A stretch of DNA of 64,000 bases from Laetmonice hystrix (taxonomy: Eukaryota), in assembly GCA_965235115.1 (NCBI GenBank), contig OZ249436.1:50780001-50844000 (forward strand). The letters run 5' to 3'. Positions 1 to 25,100 of the stretch are shown here, one piece after another (position 1 is the first letter of the stretch; the number at the start of each line of letters is the position of its first letter). A program made the translations under genes and the position numbers. The notes under the pieces are model-generated. The model did not search any database and had not been told where the DNA came from. It was given only the letters and a program-made list of their open reading frames with translations.

Positions 1-429
1 ACACAGGTACAAAACTAGGCCGGTAATACGTCTTCCCGGCCTTGGGTGGGCCCTATTGTGAATACAGACATACTGTGTGAATACAGACCTAGCTACTGTG
101 AATACTGCAACCAGAAAAAAATGTCAAAAAGTGCGATTCTGGGTCACACAAACACACAAACGTTTTCACTCGCTGGAGATGAGTGTTGTTTATTAATGAC
201 CGACTGTTTAGTAAGTTGTCTCACCTAAACACCCATAATGCTACTTCAGTGCATGGGTTAGTGTACAGGGCTACTTCGGGTCTATATACATGTAGGTCCA
301 CCAATGCACCCCTTGGATTAGACTGGGGCAGCCCCCCCCCCCCGGCATCCATTTTCCCTTTTCCCCATAGAGCTTTCTGAATTAACCCGTGTTAACCCCC
401 CCCCACACACACACACACACTTTCCAAAT

Positions 430-1150
430 TCTTGGATGTGGAGCAGCAATCGTTCAAGCAGAACCAGGACACTTGTGGTTCGATATCATGGAATGCTTCC
501 ATACAAAGATTCATGTGGCGTGCTGGAGCGTTCAGAGTGTTCATCCAGAACTAGGACGAGACCAGTATACTCCCACCATCTCAACTATTCCACAGCAATT
601 CATCTGCTTTGTGTCAAGATGTCAGTATACTGTACAGTAAAAACTTGGATTCTGCAGTCATTATATCGTATAATCTTATGTTAATATGTCCCATAATGCG
701 GTATGGATGGTGGGTAGCCTATCCAAGAATGTATAATAGAAATATACCACCTTACCCAATTGACGGCCTCTTGGATACTGGTCATCTCCGTTGCCACCAT
801 GTGATACAGGCATGATAAGACCCGCACGGTGGTGTCAACCTCTGGCTCTGTACAAATAAATTGAATCTTCTGAAGTGTATTTATACTTGTATTGAAGTCA
901 GCGCTGTCAAGTATATGTTGGTTACCTGGTAGGCAATGTGCCCTCTACAACACTGGATGACTGAAACACTGTCGCTTGCCCAAGGGTGTAGTAAGCCCAC
1001 ATAAGCTTATAGACTTCATGTTGTAGGGCGTCCAAGCATTCTGCCAGCATGGTGAGGTCGTGTAGGTCCTAATCCGTCTCTGTCCTTGCGATATCCCGTT
1101 TCTGTCCTTAAAATGTCGAGATACACGTCGACATTGAAGAATATTAATGA
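430..1150 (-). mobile_element. Possible decayed PIF/Harbinger-type (DDE_Tnp_4) transposase remnant
   Basis: Frame-broken peptides in the expected order: VVEGTLP (~IDGTHI), ILG-GYP (~LGDxGYP), IVEMVG..SR (~RxxVExxFG), AFHD (~LHN). Matched by eye only. Confidence 0.25.
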
Positions 1151-1506
1151 TAGATACCCATGGCAATCTTATGGACGCTGCTTATCAGTGGCCAAGTATG
1201 CGTTAGGGATATATGTCAACAGTGTGGCCGACATAGTCCGCACCCGTCCTCTGGCGACGTCAGTGAGTGTGACCAACACATACAGACCGTGAACCATTCA
1301 TTCTCTGGGCCCAGTTCGCCGCGTGCCGTCACGCGTGGTTACGTCAGAGAAATCGTCATGTCAGCGTGGCTGCGTCTCTCAACACGCCCCCCCCCCCCAA
1401 CCGCCGCGTTCCTGCTTGTACATAGAGTATACGTGAAAGCATGCATATTCCAGAAAATAGTGTTAGTATTGCATGTAAGTCCATGCTTTGCCTGTTCTTA
1501 CTCGCA

Positions 1507-2635
1507 GATATGTGAGTGCGGTATACTATCAGTGTTGTATTATCTCAGCTGTAGGATATGTGAGTGCGGTATACTATCAGTGTTGTATTATCTCAGCTGT
1601 AGGATATGTCAGTGCGGTATACTATCAGTGTTGTATTATCTCAGCTGTAGGATATGTGAGTGCGGTATACTATCAGTGTTGTATTATCTCAGCTGTAGGA
1701 TATGTGAGTGCGGTATACTATCAGTGTTGTATAATCTCAACCGTAGGATATGTGAGTGCGGTATACTATCAGTGTTGTATTATGTCAGCTGTAGGACATG
1801 TGAGTACGGTATACTATCAGTGTTGTATTATCTCAGCTGTAGGATGAGTGCGGTATACTATCAGTGTTGTATTATCCCAGCCGTAGGATATGTGAGTGCG
1901 GTATACTATCAGTGTTGTATTATGTCAGCCGTAGGATATGTGAGTACGGTATACTATCAGTGTTGTACTATCTCAGCTGTAGGATGAGTGCGGTATACTA
2001 TCAGTGTTGTATTATCTCAGCTGTAGGATATGTGAGTGCGGTATACTATCAGTATTGTATTATCTCAGCTGTAGGATATGTGAGTGCGGTATACTATCAG
2101 TGTTGTATTATCTCAGCTGTAGGATATGTGAGTGCGGTATACTATCAGTGTTGTATTATCTCAGCTGTAGGATATGTGAGTGCGGTATACTATCAGTATT
2201 GTATTATCTCAGCTGTGTGAGTGCGGTATACTATCCGTGTTGTATTATCTCAGCCGTAGGATATGTGAGTGCGGTATACTATCAGTGTTGTATTATGTCA
2301 GCCGTAGGATATGTGAGTACGGTATACTATCAGTGTTGTATTATCTCAGCTGTAGGATGAGTGCGGTATACTATCAGTGTTGTATTATCTCAGCTGTAGG
2401 ATATGTGAGTGCGGTATACTATCAGTATTGTATTATCTCAGCTGTAGGATATGTGAGTGCGGTATACTATCAGTGTTGTATTATCTCAGCTGTAGGATAT
2501 GTGAGTGCGGTATACTATCAGTGTTGTATTATCTCAGCTGTAGGATATGTGAGTGCGGTATACTATCAGTATTGTATTATCTCAGCTGTGTGAGTGCGGT
2601 ATACTATCCGTGTTGTATTATCTCAGCTGTAGGAT
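1507..2635. repeat. 48-bp minisatellite, about 24 copies, with a ~373-bp higher-order repeat
   Basis: Unit atatgtgagtgcggtatactatcagtgttgtattatctcagctgtagg; deletion variants recur at 373-bp spacing. Confidence 0.95.
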
Positions 2636-2773
2636 TTCTGGGCTAAGAAACCACGATATGTAATTATATATATTGACAGTTTTGACATGTTTTTATTTCC
2701 AACAAATGACGCCGACTGTTATCGTTCCTCAAATTTGTGCCTCTTCTTATTGCTAATAGCCGTAACAATAAAT

Positions 2774-2829
2774 CTCTCTCCTTCTCTCTCTCTATCTCTC
2801 CCTCTTTCTCTCTCTCTATCTCTCCCTCT

Positions 2830-2867
<38 letters not shown>

Positions 2868-2904
2868 CTCTCTCTCTCTCGCTCTCTCTCTCCCTATCTC
2901 TCTC
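2774..2904. repeat. (CT)n microsatellite
   Basis: Imperfect CT run. Confidence 0.95.
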
Positions 2905-4095
2905 TTCCCAAACAAACGCGTTTCCTTTTTTCTCTTTACGTGACTATAACATTTTCTTGTTACCCAAAAGTGTCCACTGTTCTTTAAACATGAACCTAAA
3001 AAGTTAGGCTCCTGTCTTTATTCATAGAGCACTTTAGTGTTATGGGCAACGTCTTAATTCTAACCATATACTATGACTGATTATATTAGAGAATATAGCA
3101 GTATCTATTTCTGCGAGTGAATCTTGGATGAATGCATGAACGTTCACTGGTGGATCCAGGGGGTTCGAACCCCTTTTGGCAACCAATTTTCCTTTTTCCG
3201 CATAGAACTTTCTGAATTGACTTTAGAGAATCCCCCCTTTAGCAAGTTCTACCCCTGAACGCCCCCCCCCCCTCCCTTACCAAAATCCTTGATCCGCCCC
3301 TGACGTTGTCTATATAATAAATTATATATTCTGGTACTTCTGCTTTGTAGGCGTGATAATCCCTGCTATTAATTACGTAAAGTAGATCTGAATACAGAAT
3401 ACAACATAACGCACAGTCTGCTGTTTGATATTGACATTCAGAGAGGGTGGTGCTAAGAACAGATCATTTAAAACCTCAATGATCGCATTTTTATGGATAG
3501 GTCAATTCAAGTTCTCTGGGGACCATCGTTCACATTCGTATCAAATGGGTTCCTGCGTCCGTGTTTGTACACTTCCGCTTTTTAATATAAAAATGGCGCC
3601 ATTCATAAAGACCATTAATTTCATCATGGATGGATTGTGACGGTTTCAAGTGACTAGATTATAATGCACGAATTGGGAACTACGAACGGCCGTTTGTGCA
3701 ATGTATACAGGGGTGACAATGGAATCGAAATATTGGTATTTCACGGTCGCCAATTTTTCATGTGGTGACTGAAACTTAACTAAGTGGCGATCGCTACATT
3801 AAAATATTATCACGCTGAGATCCAATAATTTCTTACTCCGTTCTCTGCCATGGTACGAGCGGGTGTTCGTATGGGACATTTAATTGAATCTCAAACTATC
3901 AGAAGAAAAATGCCTCTGACTGACAAGTAGGCTAATACATATAAGAGACCAAGTCCTGAGCTAGTTCAACCACCATGAACCTGTTCTCGCACTCGTACGA
4001 CATATACGTCATATTTGAGGACGAGGTTGTTCTTGAAACGTAATCCAGTTGGATCCTTATCCAAGCGGCTCCTTGCCCTACAAGGAAGCCCTCAT

Positions 4096-17857
<13,762 letters not shown>

Positions 17858-18439
17858 GATGAGGCAGTCCCGAGACGGGAGGACAGTACTGGATGGACCG
17901 GTACCTCCGACCGACGACTATAAAAGGCGGCCCCAGCTTACCGCCCGATAGTGGGCCGACTGAAGCTCTTCAAGTATCGACACACAGATCTTTGATCTCT
18001 GACGCCGACAACTTTTTAGTCAAATGTAAATCCCATGCCTGTCATAGTTTACGTGTCGGGCGCAACAAGAACAACTGCCGTTCACCTGCTGAAAACACGC
18101 AATGTTCGCTCTCAACTCCTAAACGTATACGCACTGTGAAATGACAGGCAGAACATGGCTTCATTATAATATGCTAGGCCTATCGTCTTCATTGAAGTCT
18201 TGCTGTCACCGTGCTCATGCATAGGGTGTATTTATTTTGGATTGGGCCAAATGATAAAGTGCCTCTTTAGAGTTAGGAAACTGATCTATCAAAGAAACTA
18301 CCGTACTAAACTCTCACCCACCAGGTAGTTGCCAGTGCGTCTTATCTGTGTTCGGGTCAACATATCTAGGACACGAATCGTTCTGCACAGCCCGTACATT
18401 TAATGTAATCATTATCACCTATCCTCAAAAATCTCCCCT

Positions 18440-19185
18440 GTCATTCAGGAACACACTATAGGTACTCCGTAGTTATTCGTCATTCAGGAACACACTTTAG
18501 GTACTCCATAGTTGTTAGTCATTCAGGAACACACTATAGGTACTCCGTAGTTATCAGTCATTCAGGAACGGTACTCCATAGTTATTAGTCATTCAGGAAC
18601 ACACTTTAGGTTCTCCATAGTTATTAGTCATTCAGGAACACATTTTGGTACTCCATAGTTATCAGTCATTCAGGAACACACTTTAGGCACTCCGTAGTTA
18701 TTAGTCATTCAGGAACACACTTTAGGTACTCCATAGTTGTTAGTCATTCAGGAACACACTATAGGTACTCCGTAGTTATCAGTCATTCAGGAACGGTACT
18801 CCATAGTTATTAGTCATTCAGGAACACACTTTAGGTTCTCCATAGTTATTAGTCATTCAGGAACACACTTTAGGTACTCCATAGTTATCAGTCATTCAGG
18901 AACACACTTTAGGCACTCCGTAGTTATTAGTCATTCAGGAACACACTTTAGGTACTCCATAGTTATCAGTCATTCAGGAACACACTATATGTACTCTGTA
19001 GTTACTAGTTCAGGAACACACTTTAGGTACTCCGTAGTTATTAGTCATTCAGGAACACACTTTAGGTACTCCGTAGTTATTAGTCATTCAGGAACACACT
19101 TTAGGTACTCCGTAGTTATTAGTCATTCAGGAACACACTTAGGTACTCCGTAGTTTTTCGTCATTCAGGAACACAATATAGGTAC
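18440..19185. repeat. 39-bp minisatellite, about 19 copies
   Basis: Unit gtcattcaggaacacactttaggtactccgtagttatta. Confidence 0.95.
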
Positions 19186-19588
19186 GGTCACATGGGTGCA
19201 GCCAGCTTTTCCCAAGGGTGGGCGCCGCATAGAAATATATTTGGTAGTGCTAGTCTACCTGCAGCTTGAACAGTTAATTGGAAGTGGGTTAATTTTATAG
19301 CGCCCCGCAAGGGGGTTGGTTTAGAGCATTCACATAGCTAACATTACATCAACATCATGTAAAAGGGACATATTGCTATTGTTAGGATTAGACGGGTTGT
19401 GTGAGACATCCAAGGTATACATGTTACACAATCTCACTGCTGACAGTTATTACATAGGGTATGTAGTAAGTATATTCACCCAATATGAAATAAATATCTA
19501 GCAAACAGATCTAAACCGACTCTAAAAACTAAATTCAAAAAAAGTGACAAGACATCGATAATTACTGAATTGGTCATTTTATTGCAAA

Positions 19589-19999
19589 TGTCCCTCTCAC
19601 CTGTCCGGTCACTGGACACCTGTCCCTCTCACCTGTCCGGTCACTGGACACCTGTCCCTCTCACCTGTCCGGTCACTGGACACCTGTCCCTCTCCCCTGT
19701 CCGGTCACTGGACACCTGTCCCTCTCACCTGTCCGGTCACTGGACACCTGTCCCTCTCACCTGTCCGGTCACTGGACACCTGTCCCTCTCACCTGTCCGG
19801 TCACTGGACACCTGTCCCTCTCACCTGTCCGGTCACTGGACACCTGTCCCTCTCACCTGTCCGGTCACTGGACACCTGTCCCTCTCACCTGTCCGGTCAC
19901 TGGACACCTGTCCCTCTCACCTGTCCGGTCACTGGACACCTGTCCCTCTCACCTGTCCGGTCACTGGACACCTGTCCCTCTTACCTGTCCGGTCACTGG
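19589..19999. repeat. 32-bp minisatellite, about 13 near-identical copies
   Basis: Unit tgtccctctcacctgtccggtcactggacacc. Confidence 0.95.
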
Positions 20000-20234
20000 T
20001 AATTAGGATGGCGATGTCCGTCAATAAGAACGGTACAAACGGTACAAACGACATTGTGCCGACAACCGTGAATAGGGAACACATATACAATCATTTTTGT
20101 TTGTCTAAAAGTTTGAAAGAAATGCGCACGGTTCGACAAATCTTCAGATTTTCATATTGCAGATCAATACATCGCCAAATGTAGTTCAAGCAACTTGCGG
20201 TGCGTTGTCGTTTGCATTACAACACCTGGTGAGG

Positions 20235-20328
20235 GTTGTTGCTGTAACTGTCACACGTTGTTGCTGTAACTGTCACACGTTGTTGCTGTAACTGTCACAC
20301 GTTGCTGCTGTAACTGTCACACGTTGTA
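20235..20328. repeat. 22-bp tandem repeat, about 4 copies
   Basis: gttgttgctgtaactgtcacac. Confidence 0.9.
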
Positions 20329-22033
20329 GCTACATTAGGATCTCCATTCAAACGCAGCAATTTCCATACGAGATCCACGACAATATCCAGGATTCAATTA
20401 TACAATACAACGATAAGGCCATATTCTTCAACACCTGGCACTATAATATAAAATCATTAATCTAATATCTAGTCAAATCTTTATTGTTATTTTTTCTATA
20501 CATTAAGTTATTCGATAAGTCTACGATTTAGAAAATATATTTGACTAATTAATTCAAGACGAAGGGTGTTAGCTGCTCACTGGCCTAGTTAGGTCACATG
20601 ATTGGTTTAGCGTTCCGTCAGACGTGGCTGTCAGCTGACAACCGTTATGATCACTTTGTAAAGGCACATTACAGGCCATACAGTATGACATGATGCAACA
20701 CAGACACCTTACAAGAATCAACAGACGAGCAAACTGGCCATATCAAAGAAAAGTACCACAGATACAATACGACGCCGTCTGACCTTCGATAATATGATCA
20801 ATGTGGCAGAGATATAGACACCCGCCATGTGTGTACGTTAGTTCTGCATACTACAAGATCGTAAAACTGTCATCAGTACCCCTCCCCCCTCCCTCATTTG
20901 TCGTTCACCGAGTGTTGAATAAAAGAAACAGCGATCAGTTGCGACGATAGTTGCGAGGCTGAACCTTGATTCATTATCACACCTTGGTATCATACTTTCC
21001 ATGAGGCGAACGCGGTAGATAATGTCAACAACTTCAAGCCGACCTATAGTTCACCCAGCAGGCTTGATTTGGTCTCCGACTCAAGCTAAGCCAATCACAT
21101 CCGTGGTTACAAAACAATGACGTCATGGACGAAGAGGATATGTTTCATGGGGTTTCCAAATGGCACTACACTTACTACCGAGTGCACTCAATAGTCTGTC
21201 ACTGCCCTCAGACATCAACTGTCATTGTCAATCACTCCCACCTACAGCACATACTCCCAAACTCACAAATGATACCTGACCCACTCTGTGGCCTATATTA
21301 TAGTTATATATTTAAGTCTTCTCACAGGTTCTATATTCTTCACAAACACGTTTCCCACTCAAGGCAGCAGATGTGACAATCGAGTATCTCTAGACACATC
21401 AGTTGGTTGTAAACACGTAAAACACTATCAGAAGGAGGCGGCAGGTATTCACACCTCCCCAGGCCTCGTAAACACTTTGTAACAATCATAGTAGGCTACA
21501 TATGATGAATATAAGTTTTAAAATTGCAGGTAAAAACGATACGTTATTTTTTCAAGTATCGGTTTTAAAAAAATATTTTCACCCGTTTGTGCAGAAAACC
21601 AGGTACAGCCCCTGCATCAGAGAGCGAAGGCAATACAGGCAGTGAAAACGTACAAAAGTACTGCTTTCCTTCGCCAACTCATCACAGGGTATGGTACCTC
21701 CAACAGCTGGTTGGAGCATGTAGGATGAGGGTTTGCGTCCGATAGTCCATGTTCTTCTACCCAAAGTGAAGCGTTTCTTCAAACACCAAATTGACGTCCC
21801 CTTCCTATGGTAATAACAATCTATCACGTCATTTCACGACAATATAATAATGTATAACTCATGGTAAAATCATTACCCATAACATGCATGCATAACTTAT
21901 CTTTCAAAGTTCTCGATTAATTACATCTGTCAATGAGTATCTTTCTTTGCCCAGTTCGTGGCAAGAATTCTCCGTCAGATTTCTGCCTCCATGTTGGTGG
22001 CGGGGTTGGTTGGGGAGAAGGCAGGTCGCCCAC

Positions 22034-22129
22034 TCAGAAATCCTTGTCCCAACCCGTCAGGTCATCCGGTGGTTCCTCCTCGTCGTCTGGATAGTCGTCA
22101 AAGTTCGACGTGTCGGTCGGGCTTCGGAT
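22034..22129 (-). CDS. PRKG1: Gene A exon 16 (AGC C-tail, stop)
   Basis: [31 protein letters not shown]; ttgtag|. Confidence 0.93.
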   Translation of the reverse strand: MRSPTDTSNFDDYPDDEEEPPDDLTGWDKDF

Positions 22130-25100
22130 CTACAACACAGCACACATTGATTACGTCACCGAATCCGACCTACACAAGTCCTCAATATGAAGATGTAAGC
22201 ATGTAAAGGCTCCGTAAAATAACGATATAAACGGTTAGAAACTTGGTAACGTATGTTAAATTACTAAAAAAAAATACTTAAACTTGGTAGTCCTTGGTAA
22301 TGGTCTAAACGGTAGAAACAATAAAAACTTACCGAAGGCACGATTGGTGGTCTTAGAGTTTTCTTGCGGAGTCCGTCCCAATTAAAGCCGTCGAACCATT
22401 TATGTTTTTGTACATCTTTAATACCGCCACGACCGCAGCCCAGTCTGTCAGTCGGTGTGTCCCTGACGTGAGAAGTAACAGAAGGTAAGATATAGGTCTC
22501 CAACTAGGCATAATCAAGGCAGTCTGCACTATGAGCATCTTGTCCAACTTTGTAACAACATTATTTACAACAACCTGAGTGTTGTTGTGAAAACTACCTG
22601 CAAAGTTAGGTCAGGGTTTTTAAACAACCTCAGTGTTGTTGTTAACACTACCTGCAGAGTTAGGTCAAGGTTTTCAAACAACCAGTGTGTTGTGAAAACT
22701 ACCTGCAGAGTTAGGTCAAGGTTTTCAAACAACCCGTGTGTTCTGAAAACTACCTGCAAAGTTAGGTCAAGGTTTATAAACAACCAGAGTGTTGTGAAAA
22801 CTACCTGCAGAGTTAGGTCAAGGTTTATAAACAACCAGAGTGTTGTGAAAACTACCTGCAGAGTTAGGTCAAGGTTTATAAACAACCAGAGTGTTGTGAA
22901 AACTACCTGCAGAGTTAGGTCAAGGTTTATAAACAACCAGAGTATTGTGAAAACTACCTGCAGAGTCAAGAGTTTTTAACAACCTCAGTGTTGTGCAAAC
23001 TACCTGCAAAGTTTCTTGATAATGTTCTGAGCGTTCTTGGTGATCTTCCGTGGGAAGTCGACGGCATCGATTCCCTTGAGAATTATGTTGTAAGTTTTCA
23101 TCGGATCCGACCCCGAAAACGGCGGACTGCAATACCCAACACATCAACTCTAATTCAACTGCGTGGAAGAAGATTGGAAACTTACTGCTCTGATTTTCAA
23201 GATCTACATAAAAATGTTGACGATTACAGAAACAGTCTCTATTGGGAGATGCCATCATATAGACGCCAGCAGGCTTACCTTCCCGTCAGGAGTTCAAACA
23301 TCAGGATACCCGTCGACCAGAGGTCAGCAGAGAGGTCATGACCTTTGTTGAGGATTATTTCCGGGGCCACGTACTCGGGGGTCCCACAAAACGTCCATGT
23401 TTTCCGACTGTAGCCGATTTTCTTGGCGAACCCGAAGTCCACCTAGTACAATATTATGGTTATTAAATAGTTCTGTAAAAACTTTTTTTTCTCTGCGTGA
23501 AGCAATACAGAATTCAATGGAGGCTGCTGTTAAAAGACGGCCCTACCTCCTCGATATGACCCTGGCTGCTATTTATGTGTATTATTTCTACCCCCCCCCC
23601 CCCCCTCATAGAAAAGGTCACTGTTCCGAACGGCCCTCGTTCCCCAGACAAACGCCCATGTACCAGTTTGATATATCCAGTGGTGTCAACGAGTAAGTTC
23701 TCTGGTTTGAGGTCCCTGTAAACGATGCCACGAGTGTGCAGGTAAGCCAGGGCTTCCACCACGCAGGCCGTGTAGAAACGTGTGGTGGCATCGTCGAATG
23801 TTCCTCGATCTCTGAGTACCGTCCACAGTTCGCCACCAAGACATGCCTCCATTAACATGTACAAGTACTTTCTGTCCTTGAACGTCCGAAACAATCTGTA
23901 AACACAAGGAAAGTAAGGAACTTAGTGTCCCGCTGTCGATACTCTGCCACGGACCGACGGCACTCCGCCACGGACCGACGGCACTCTGCCACGGACCGAC
24001 GGCACTCTGTCACGGACCGACGGCACTCTGCCACGGACCGACGACACTCTGCCACGGACCGACGGCACTCTGCCACGGACCGACGACACTCTGCCACGGA
24101 CCGACGGCACTCTGCCACGGACCGACGGCACTCTGCCACGGACCGACGGCACTCTGCCACGGACCGACGGCACTCTGCCACGGACCGACGGCACTCTGCC
24201 ACGGACCGACGGCACTCTGCCACGGACCGACGGCACTCTGCCACGGACCGACGGCACTCTGCCACGGACCGTCGACACTTTGCCACGGACCGACGGCACT
24301 CTGCCACGGACCGACGGCACTATACTCTGCCACGGACAGACGACACTCTGCCACGGACCGACGGCACTATACTCTGCCACGGACAGACGACACTCTGCCA
24401 CGGACCGAAGGTACTATACTCTGCCACGGACATACGACACTCTGCCACGGACCGACGGCACTACCACAGACCGACGGCACTATACTCTGCCACAGACCGA
24501 CGACACTATACTCTGCCACGGACCGACGACACTATACTCTGCCACAGACCGACGACACTATACTCTGCCACGGACAGACGACACTATACTCTGCCACGGA
24601 CTGACGGCACTCTACTACAGACCGACGACACTATACCTAAGTATAGGCCTAGAGCCTGGTAGTCAGTGAAATCTTCTTACCTTGTGATGAACGGACATCT
24701 CGACTCGATCATGATACGTTTTTCATTCATGATATGTTCCTGTTGTCGAGTTTCGATGATGTGGTTCTTGCGCAGTTGTTTCAGAGCGAACGTTCTGGTA
24801 CTGTCGTTCTTCACTTGAACCTTAAATCATGTTAGGACAGGCGGTACAAACAGAGTACATACAACATCTAGGCCCTATAGGCCCTTTACCTACAACATAT
24901 TGACAGTCCATGAAGATAAGCCATAACTTCCTTAAGTATCCTACCATAGTGATGTCTATGTTTATCAACACCATAGCAGGGGCGTCAGTTTCTTTTGAAA
25001 GTGGGGGGGGGGGTCCTGAAACTTGCCCGAGGGGGGGGGGGGTCCAGAAACTTGTCCGGCGGGGGGCGGGGGGGGGGGGCTGAAACCTACCCGACTTCTT

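Noticed and set aside
1160..2646. Long Cys/Tyr-rich ORFs (ICECGILSVLYYLSCR repeats)
   Set aside because: These are translations of a 48-bp minisatellite with frame-breaking variants and no gene structure.
17919..17925. TATAAAA near the exon 1a start codon
   Set aside because: It is on the plus strand, opposite to the gene. On the sense strand it reads ttttatag, more like a splice acceptor for an upstream non-coding exon.
23852..24669. Overlapping long ORFs on both strands (AECRRSV / SATDRRH repeats)
   Set aside because: A 21-bp intronic minisatellite; the PKG exons on either side splice in phase without it.
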